Assembly (NCBI GenBank): GCA_963693365.1
Contig: CAVNZM010000001.1
Span: forward strand, 375,925-439,924
DNA: 64,000 nt
Direction of reading: 5' to 3'
Origin: Amoebidium appalachense
Taxonomy: Eukaryota; Protista; Ichthyosporea
The notes below the pieces were generated by a model that saw only the letters and a program-made list of their open reading frames with translations, made no database searches and was not told the origin of the DNA. Shown piece after piece: positions 43,166-52,994 of this stretch. The translations under genes and the position numbers were made by a program. The first letter of the stretch is position 1. Each line of letters starts with the position of its first letter.

Positions 43166-46100
43166 TTTATCCTTCTTCTTCTGGAATGCTCGGACACTGG
43201 GCCCCCAAAAGGGCCTCCCCCCCGGGACACTCGACGATAAAATCAGCTACATACAACAACAGACAAACAACCACACGTTTACAGTGATTTGCGAAACACA
43301 GTTTAAAAACCACCACAAATTCAACTCTACTTTGGTCGACACATCCACACACCCCGGTTACGCGAAAAACCGAGGCATTATTGTACTTGCCGCACCACAC
43401 GTGAGAGTGAAGTGCAAACCGGTAGCAAAAACGGAATTCTCGGTTTCTATAGAGTTTCTTTCTAATGTTTTTACTTTTGTATATTACCCACCATCTATGT
43501 CGGTTGTCGAATTGACTCACGAGTTGTCACAGTTACCAATGTCCACTGTTATTTTAGGTGATTTTAACACGCGACTCCACCACACAGACACACTGCAAGT
43601 GAGTGTCGGGTACCCATCTAAGCCCCCGGAGCGTGCTATCCCTTTAGCAAGGTATGTCCAAAGTCACACTTTGCGGTTCCCTCAAATATCCCATGCCCAC
43701 AACACCGACTGGGGAGTGGCCTTTTGGCCATCAACCATGTCAAAACTCTCTCTCCCTCCTAACCTCTCTAGGTCATCTGACCACTCTCCTATCCTTTTCC
43801 TACCTAAGATCTCCCTTGATCTGCTCCCCCCCTCCCCCTCCCACCTTTCGCCTCCGTCTATCCCAGCTTAAGTCACAGTGGGGTAGAGTTGATGTATGTG
43901 TATGCTATGCTACGAAACACCCTATATATATGCGCCTATTAGAATCTGCACAAGCCAGGCCAGATTCACATCTCGTACTAGATACATGCACTAACTTTAT
44001 TGTTGATGATTTGATAGATCTCGGTGATTATGCTGGCGGTGGTAGGAAGGAATACCCCGATGCTCTCTTGTTACCAAACACCACTCCCGCTAGACTAGGT
44101 GAACCCCTGTCTCAAAAGGAAAGCTTGCGCCGGCTTGCTAGTATGAATCGATTTGGCCCCCCTGCTCGTATTATTGGTGATACCACTGGAGACCCCCTCA
44201 TAGACTCTGATAAGTATTTCTCGGAACTGTTTAAAGATAGGACCCCCGCTCAGAAACCTATTGTGTGGCCTGTAGACCCATCTATCCCCATAGAATCGAT
44301 CCTCCCCTTTTTCAGTCCCGATGCCATATGGTCTGTGATATCTAGTTATAGCTCTAGTAAGTCTTGTGGACCTGATGGACTCCCTGCTGGGTTTCTTAAA
44401 ATCCTTGTTCCCTCCTACCCACAAAAGGAAAGTGATCGTGCTATTAAACCTGATCTTACTATCATGTTAAGCTCTCTCTTTTCTTGGTGTGTTAAATGTG
44501 GACATGTCCCGTCATCTTGGTTAGATACCTTAGTGATCCCCATAGTTAAGAAGGACTCTGAGGGCCCCATATCATCCTTTCGCCCCATTACACTAACCCA
44601 GGTTGTTCGTAGATTCTTTGAAGCTTGCTTACTTAGGTTATTTGCACATCACCCTAGGTTTCAATCTATTCTTCACATACACCCATGCCAATCCGCTTTT
44701 CGTAAAAACAATTCATGTTATGTTCAAATAATGGCACTGCACGATTCTATGCAAGTTGGTGCACAATATGTTGGCTTTATTGATTGGAAAACTGCTTACG
44801 ATTCTGTCTCCCCTGGTCTCCTATGGGAAAAGCTTGCTGCACGGGGTGTACCACACTGCATTGGTGTTCTGTTAGAAGCACTCTTGTCTCAAACCTATGG
44901 TAGAGCTGTGGTTAATGGGCATCTTTCATATGGTTTTGCTCGTACTAGAGGTCTCTTGCAGGGTTCATTGCTTAGCCCCTTTTTGTTTAACCTATTTATA
45001 GATGATTTGGCTGTCAAGATTTACGCCGAAAACGATGACCCTATTAATAACTTTCCGCCTGCACTTCTCTATGCTGATGATCTGTCCCTCCTTGCCCGTA
45101 CCCCTAGACGCCTGCAAAGATTGTTCGATGTAGTGTCAGAGTGGTGCAAGGCAAACCTTATGATCCTTAACATAGACAAATGTGGTGTTCTTGTACCTGA
45201 TATAGCTAACAATTTACACACATTTACATTATCATCTAAACCTGTACCTATAGTTCCAGAATACAAATATCTTGGTGTTCCGGTTGATTCTGTTGGTGTT
45301 ATGTTTCCCCATATGGTCGAAAAGAGGGTAGAGTTGGCTCGTAAGCGGTTAGCTTTCTTCTCGGCTAATATTTTTAAAGACACACCCCTCCATCCTTCTA
45401 TTAGACTTACATTTATTCGCACTTTTGTCTTCCCGGCATGTGAATATGGTTTACCCCTTCTCGCCGCTTGGATCAAGAAAGAGAGAACTAGAGCGCTTAA
45501 ACCCTTGGCAAATTTCCTTGAAGCAGAAGTTGCCTCCTTTCTATCTAACAACTGTTGTAAACCTGGGCCTGTAACGCTCTCGATATATGGTCTGGTCCCA
45601 ATAGCTGCTAGAGTATCCTATCTCGCGCTGAAATTCAATAAGCACATAAGCCGCTTAAAGAAGTATTTGCCCTCCCACCCTCTCTTCTCTATCCGACCTG
45701 TCCCCTCCTCACCTCTCCCCTCTTTCCTCCCCTCTCTCTCCCCTTCTCCCCTGGGCACAAATACAAATAAACCCCGCAATAGTGTGTGGGTGACTTTGGA
45801 CTGCCACTTACTTATTAAACATGTACACAATCACAAGATAATCACGCAATATAACAAATGGAAAAAGATACCACACGACACTAGACCCGATGAAAGCATA
45901 CACCTTGAAAAACTAAGCCTTATGTCTCGTTTTATATATACTGACCGCCTCAACCATATTGCCAAATATGGCACTCGCAAGTGTATAACACCTAAATACA
46001 TATTACCTTCCTGTAGAACTGGTCTTTCTCTAGCTGATGGTATTATTGATCAATTACCACGCTTTTACTGTACACGTGCTATACAGTGGAGATCTAATAA

Positions 46101-46353
46101 GTATAAGGTGGCATCATTTGCATGCCCAAACAACACACACACACACCAGTTTAACCGGTCATGTATCGCCAAATGTAGTTTGATAGACCACATAATACCG
46201 CAACACACACACGTCACATTCACAACAGACACCCAGAAAGATAGCCTACCTGTAAATTACAACATCCTTGATTTTATACTAAACACGCGTAACTACGACC
46301 TGTTTATTAGATGTATTGATTGGCTTGAGAAACACATCACTACAAAATTATAG
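43158..46353 (+). CDS. LINE ORF2: AP endonuclease + reverse transcriptase
   Basis: APE motifs WNARTL, ICETQ, VYYPP, GDFN, SDH; RT motifs through YADD. One frameshift at the C7 run near 43826; copy 3 has C6 there and reads through. Confidence 0.92.
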
Positions 46354-46373
46354 CGCACGCGCACACACACACA

Positions 46374-46430
<57 letters not shown>

Positions 46431-46462
46431 CCAGCTGATACCGAGTGTCCCGAGGGGAGCCC

Positions 46463-46508
<46 letters not shown>

Positions 46509-46713
46509 GGGGAACCCCAACTAATTGATTTCTCCTTGTAGTCTTTATGGTGTCTCGTAGAGAAAGTAAACCCTGATATATAGTCACCACCCGACATCTA
46601 TGTACGTGATCATGATATACCGCTGAGGGGATATTCCGAGCAAAACCCCCCCCCCTATACCTGAGACTGGTTCTCTTTGCCTCGAGTAAACAGCGTAAAC
46701 CCCGTGCTAACAT

Positions 46714-48136
46714 CGTCGGCTTCAAGTGGATTGTCTCCGAGAAAACTCTCAACTCGGCTGGTGACACCAAAATCAAGGCCCGTGGTGTTGCTCAAGGCTT
46801 CAGTCAGCAATACGGTGTTGACTATGAGTTGATTGAGAGCCCTGTCATCCGTCCGGCTGCTCTCCGTGCTATCCTAGCTCTGGCCGTTGTTGAAGGTCAT
46901 GACATCCATCAACTCGACGTGTCTACGGCCTTTCTCAACAGCCCACTCACCGAGACCATCTACATGAAACAACCCCCGGGATTCATCACCATGGCCACAC
47001 TTGGCAAGGTCTGGAGACTCAAGAAAGCCCTGTACGGCCTCAAGCAAGCCTCCAAGGCTTGGTACGACTTCCTCGACGGCATTCTTCTTGCCCATGGCCT
47101 GACCCGTACTAAGACAGACCCGTGCATCTACCTCCGGTTCTTCCCCAACAACGATGTGGTTCGGGCTGGTAACTACGTCGACGACTCCACCATCACCAAC
47201 ACCTGGGGTTCTACTGCTGCCAGTGACCTGGCTGCCCACATCAGCAAGATGGCCAGCTGTCGTATGAGTCCATTTGACCGTATGCTCGGTGTTGATTTTA
47301 ATCACTCTGATCCCCATCACCTCCACATGCACCAGAGGTCTTACATCATGGATATCATCCACGACTTCAACCTCACCGATGCCAAGTCCAAGTCTACCCC
47401 CATCCCTGCAGGCACCACCGTCTCCCTGGCTGACTGCCCCCCCCAACCGTTCACCGTGCCCTACCGTGAGTTACTCGGCCGTCTCCTCTGGGTGGCCCGA
47501 TGCACACGTCCCGACATTGCCTATGCCATCGGCTTCCTTGGTCGGTTCAGCACCAACCCCGGCAAGACTCACTGGGACCTTCTCCGTCGTGTGGCTCGGT
47601 ACCTGCTCGGCACCATTGACCTTGGCATTGACTACAAGTACTCGGCCACCCAGCCCCCCATACTCGAATGCTACACGGATGCTGACTTTGCTGGTTGTGC
47701 CGACAGCAAGAAGTCTACCACCGGCTACATCATCGAGTTTGCTGGTATGCCCATCATCTGGTACTCCAAGCTCCAGCCCATCACGGCCACCAGCACCACT
47801 GAAGCTGAGCTGATTGCTCTCAATGCTGGCACCCAAGAAGTTGCTTGGGTCCGTGACCTCTTCAAGGAACTCGGCTGCCCCATGCTTGCTCCGACTCCGG
47901 TGTACTGTGACAACCAGTCGACCATTGCCATCGTCAACTCCACCGGCATCAAGCACCGTACCAAACACATTGCAGTCCGGTATCACAACACCAAGGACTA
48001 CATTGCAAGTGGGGATGTGGTTGTCCACTACGTTGAGTCAGCCCACAACTTAGCTGACATCCTCACCAAACCCCTCCCCGGCCCGAGTCATGTCACCCAT
48101 CGTGCCCGACTTTGTTTGCCGGATATTGTGGATTGA
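46714..48136 (+). CDS. Copia A RT-RNase H (downstream of the LINE insertion)
   Basis: QLDVSTAFLN, LKKALYGLKQA, YVDD, TRPDI, YTDADFAG, STTEAE, DNQS, TKHI, ADILTKPL. Confidence 0.92.
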
Positions 48137-48391
48137 CCCGTCCTACTTCAAGAGTGATTTTCTGATGTTTACTACTTACTTTATCATAATCATTATTTCA
48201 TATGTATATTGCCTTTGTGGGTATGCCCACTTAGGGTTTTTATATAAGGTTTGACCTGTACCATGACTCTACTCTATCTTTCACTGGTTTAAAACCCAGT
48301 TAATCAAACCCCGACTATACACGTTATACATATTCGTTGTTTTTGCGGGGCCCGGTTCCTTCCCCCCCCCCCCCCCCCCTCCCCCCCCCCC

Positions 48392-48809
48392 TGTCGTATC
48401 CTAATGTGTGTGTACTAGAGACGCGGCACTCTACTAAGTGTACACACACGAAAAGGAACGAACGTGTACGGAAAAACGGTAAAGTTTATTCAGACCAGGC
48501 TCCGACGGGCAAACTTAGATCCGTACGGAATGAGACTAAGTTACAACTGAGGCCATCAAGGCCGTGCCCTCAAAGATCATCATCACCTGGCCCCCTACGA
48601 TGCCACATTCCAAACATTCCGATCTACTTTTATCGTGCGCCTGCACGACCTAAGTCGATCTACTCAACTAATATATTTATCCATGTCTCACCCCTCACCC
48701 TCCCCCTAGTGGCACCGCAGAGTCTAAATCTACATTTCATACTATCCTCCCCCCCCCCCTCCCTCCCCCCTTTCCTCTACATCTAAATATATAAATACGT
48801 TTGGCAACA
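48392..48809 (-). repeat. Probable solo LTR of another family, with no matching TSD
   Basis: TG...CA termini. The minus-strand start tgttgccaaacgtatttatatatttagat resembles the copia LTR starts, and AATAAA lies near the 3' end. Flanks differ (ccccc / tacac). Confidence 0.55.
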
Positions 48810-49667
48810 TACACTATCAAACCTTGCCAATACTTACAAAAGGGCTTCTGCCCGAACAATCACATTCCTAAGTCCTCCTACGATCTATCCTACACACTAA
48901 TTAGAATTCTACATCAGCAATCTTGCAGAAACATCCGGAACCCATAAAAGATATATTAAAGATATCCATATACTCGAACCCATCCTGAACATAACCCTAC
49001 ATCCAGTTCATGGGTTTAACATATGTAAAGGATATCTACAATAAAATAGATATAACTCTTGGATATCTACGCCTAATATGTATATAGATATCTGTTACAT
49101 TCCTGATATCCATTGGATAACTACTGTTAGGGATCCACTAGATATCCACGAAAAACGTGATATCCGGTGGATATCGAACACTAGATATGCAAATACGCAT
49201 GCACAACATATATAATGGATATGTGACGAAGGGACCCAGTGACAGGTAACCTGCCCAATATTATATCCAATGTGATATCCACTATATATATGTAACATGC
49301 TTAAAATGTGCACAATCGAGATCCAATTGATATGTTGTGGGTACCCTTAATCATATGTAATTGATGCAAAAGAGATGTCATTTGATATGCAATAGATATA
49401 GGTTGTGTATAGATTTATTACCGAAATGAGGTTCATTAGATATTCGGATAGCTATGTATATAGGCATAGAATACCTATATTGACTATATACAGTCAGGTG
49501 ACCAAAAGACCTCATAATAGTTGCCAAGTAGACCTAAGCATAGATATCCAACATGCATCTCAGTATATATGTACTGGATCAGTAAATGAACAACGAAAAT
49601 GGATGTGATAGACGACCAAAAGATATCGGCCCTTGCATGTATTATATATATATATAGACATATAGGC
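48810..49667. repeat. GATATC/ATATCC-rich sequence (left part), host of LINE copy 3
   Basis: About ten GATATC palindromes; the same texture resumes at 60560-60805. Confidence 0.65.
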
Positions 49668-50519
49668 GACACATCCACACACCCCGGTTACGCGAAAAAC
49701 CGAGGCATTATTGTACTTGCCGCACCACACGTGAGAGTGAAGTGCAAACCGGTAGCAAAAACGGAATTCTCGGTTTCTATAGAGTTTCTTTCTAATGTTT
49801 TTACTTTTGTATATTACCCACCATCTATGTCGGTTGTCGAATTGACTCACGAGTTGTCACAGTTACCAATGTCCACTGTTATTTTAGGTGATTTTAACAC
49901 GCGACTCCACCACACAGACACACTGCAAGTGAGTGTCGGGTACCCATCTAAGCCCCCGGAGCGTGCTATCCCTTTAGCAAGGTATGTCCAAAGTCACACT
50001 TTGCGGTTCCCTCAAATATCCCATGCCCACAACACCGACTGGGGAGTGGCCTTTTGGCCATCAACCATGTCAAAACTCTCTCTCCCTCCTAACCTCTCTA
50101 GGTCATCTGACCACTCTCCTATCCTTTTCCTACCTAAGATCTCCCTTGATCTGCTCCCCCCTCCCCCTCCCACCTTTCGCCTCCGTCTATCCCAGCTTAA
50201 GTCACAGTGGGGTAGAGTTGATGTATGTGTATGCTATGCTACGAAACACCCTATATATATGCGCCTATTGGAATCTGCACAAGCCAGGCCAGATTCACAT
50301 CTCGTACTAGATACATGCACTAACTTTATTGTTGATGATTTGATAGATCTCGGTGATTATGCTGGCGGTGGTAGGAAGGAATATCCCGATGCTCTCTTGT
50401 TACCAAACACCACTCCCGCTAGACTAGGTGAACCCCTGTCTCAAAAGGAAAGCTTGCGCCGGCTTGCTAGTATGAATCGATTTGGCCCCCCTGCTCGTAT
50501 TATTGGTGATACCACTGGA

Positions 50520-51227
50520 TGTCATCTTCACTTAATTCTCAGCAAGACTTAGAAGTTGAGTTTGGTATTTATTTATTAGTTGTTGTAGTTTGTTTCCTTT
50601 TCCTTTCTTCATTTCTTTCTTTCTTTTCCGTTTCCGTGTACACGACATCTTAGATCTGTGTACGTATCGACATACTTAGCTCGCGCACACGTATTGTCGT
50701 TTGCGTCAAAATCTATATATGTCATCCAATCATATCTCGTTTGTATTTTCCCAAATATAGTAACTTACATTCCTTTCTCATTCCTTTCCCACGACGTAGC
50801 ATTGTGCTATGTTCTTCAACTATTAGGAATAATTATATTTAGACGTGTTATGATAAGAACATGTATAAATATATGTTATGAATTAATAGTTACATAAGTG
50901 GTTTCATTTTGTTAAATGTTTCCGTGCTTTTATTAGAAGTTTCTTTCATTAGAGGATTGAGTTTTATATTCTATGTGTCGACAGACATTTTAATCGATAT
51001 ATTTTACACTCATAGTTTTCGTCCTTTTGATTGGTTTATCGTTTCACATTCCCAAGTATAAAAGGGACCTCATCTTGAAATAAATCACAAGCAGTCGTAT
51101 TCACTTCCTATGGTTCCAGAAATCGTTCCTCCTCTCCGGTTGTGTTTTTCCCGTGTGTCTTTGTGTTGTGTTTTACATAACACGCGTCTGTGCTCTCTGC
51201 TTCTCCGTTTACCCACACAAAATAACA
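50520..51227 (+). repeat. Solo LTR (708 bp) inserted in LINE copy 3
   Basis: tgtcatc...aataaca with 5-bp TSD CTGGA (50515-50519 / 51228-51232). Confidence 0.88.
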
Positions 51228-51996
51228 CTGGAGACCCCCTCATAGACTCTGATAAGTATTTCTCGGAACTGTTTAAAGATAGGACCCCCGCTCAGAAACC
51301 TATTGTGTGGCCTGTAGACCCATCTATCCCCATAGAATCGATCCTCCCCTTTTTCAGTCCCGATGCCATATGGTCTGTGATATCTAGTTATAGCTCTAGT
51401 AAGTCTTGTGGACCTGATGGACTCCCTGCTGGGTTTCTTAAAATCCTTGTTCCCTCCTACCCACAAAAGGAAAGTGATCGTGCTATTAAACCTGATCTTA
51501 CTATCATGTTAAGCTCTCTCTTTTCTTGGTGTGTTAAATGTGGACATGTCCCGTCATCTTGGTTAGATACCTTAGTGATCCCCATAGTTAAGAAGGACTC
51601 TGAGGGCCCCATATCATCCTTTCGCCCCATTACACTAACCCAGGTTGTTCGTAGATTCTTTGAAGCTTGCTTACTTAGGTTATTTGCACATCACCCTAGG
51701 TTTCAATCTATTCTTCACATACACCCATGCCAATCCGCTTTTCGTAAAAACAATTCATGTTATGTTCAAATAATGGCACTGCACGATTCTATGCAAGTTG
51801 GTGCACAATATTTTGGCTTTATTGATTGGAAAACTGCTTACGATTCTGTCTCCCCTGGTCTCCTATGGGAAAAGCTTGCTGCACGGGGTGTACCACACTG
51901 CATTGGTGTTCTGTTAGAAGCACTCTTGTCTCAAACCTATGGTAGAGCTGTGGTTAATGGGCATCTTTCATATGGTTTTGCTCGTACTAGAGGTCT

Positions 51997-52932
51997 TGTT
52001 ATAATACGTAGTATTTACATATTGTAAGATCTTCTCAGTTCGTGTTATGTTTTCATTCATTTACTTAATGAAAAAGATGTGCTCCTTGTACGTAAATTAT
52101 GACATCGATCTCCAGTGTATTTGAGTACTTGTAATCGTGTTGTGTCGGCTATATTCGTGTGTTTAGATATCGATTACAGCAACTGATTATAGGTACACGA
52201 GTCTACCCAGTGAGGGAGACACGTGTACATGTTATGTGTACATGAATATCTTCGGTTATAACTGTGTTTTGCTGTTCGTGTTTTCTGTCCTGCTTTCTTT
52301 TCTTTTTCCTCTTTCTTCGTCTTTTCTTTTCTCTTTCTTTCTTCTCTTGTTTCCTTTCATTTAATTATATTTCTCTCTCACTAATATACGTTGAGTAGAT
52401 TTATATTACTCGTTATGTTTTGATTGGTAGAAAAACACTTAGGTTACACTTTAGCTTGTCAGGTATGATTCATAGCTTAGTCAACCACTTTTGTTTTGTG
52501 TGTTGCCGTACTATATCCAATCAGTGGACTTAGTCAGAAAATGTCTGAGTCTTTGTAGCCGATGATAGGTTAGAAACACCACCTCTTTCCTCGTTACTCT
52601 TCACCTCTTTTCTTTCTTATAGCTGTGACCTATGGTGTGTGTTCCCGCGTCTCCGGATCTATCCGGGAAATAATCAGTTAATTATGATTGGTTATTTTAG
52701 ACATAGATCTGATTTCCGACTGGTCGGAAATCATGTATGGATTTAACTTAAGGGAATTTCAGGTATTTATTAGCGATCAAAATAAATTGAGTTCAGTCGT
52801 GTCTAAACATTGATGTCTGTTGTGTACACTGCTCCGATCGTTCCGTGTTTTGTTGTTGTGTGTGTCTGTGGTGTTTTCACACTGCACCACTGTGTCTCTG
52901 CTTTCATCCCAAAATACTTATAGAATTTAACA
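51997..52932 (+). repeat. 5' LTR of copia B
   Basis: tgttataatacg...atttaaca. Confidence 0.95.
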
Positions 52933-52956
52933 GGTTATGCAGCCCTTTTGCACGCT
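52933..52956 (+). promoter_or_regulatory. Primer-binding site for the 5' half of initiator tRNA-Met
   Basis: GGTTATGcAGCCCttttGCACGCT immediately after the LTR; identical in copia A at 39791-39814. Confidence 0.75.
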
Positions 52957-52994
52957 CCCTACACACATCTAGAACTCGCGCTCGTTTTTCAATC

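Larger units (their letters stand above)
42839..46703 (+). mobile_element. LINE copy 2 (APE-RT non-LTR retrotransposon, probably 5'-truncated within ORF1) inserted in copia A pol
   Basis: 10-bp TSD GTGCTAACAT at 42829-42838 and 46704-46713; copia B has the empty site (cctggtgctaacatcgtcgg). Confidence 0.95.
38866..48391 (+). mobile_element. Ty1/copia LTR retrotransposon A (degenerate, LINE inserted, 3' LTR missing)
   Basis: 5' LTR TG...CA at 38866-39790, PBS, gag-PR-IN at 39853-42838, RT-RNaseH resuming at 46714-48136; ends at a poly(C) tract. Confidence 0.93.

Noticed and set aside
43820-43845. Programmed frameshift between APE and RT
   Set aside because: Copy 3 has one fewer C and reads through, so this is a homopolymer indel.
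46640-46703. snRNA (U1/U5)-like fragment or telomeric repeat in the LINE tail (atacctg, taaaccc)
   Set aside because: Only 6-7-nt matches, with no Sm site, no conserved loop and no tandem array.
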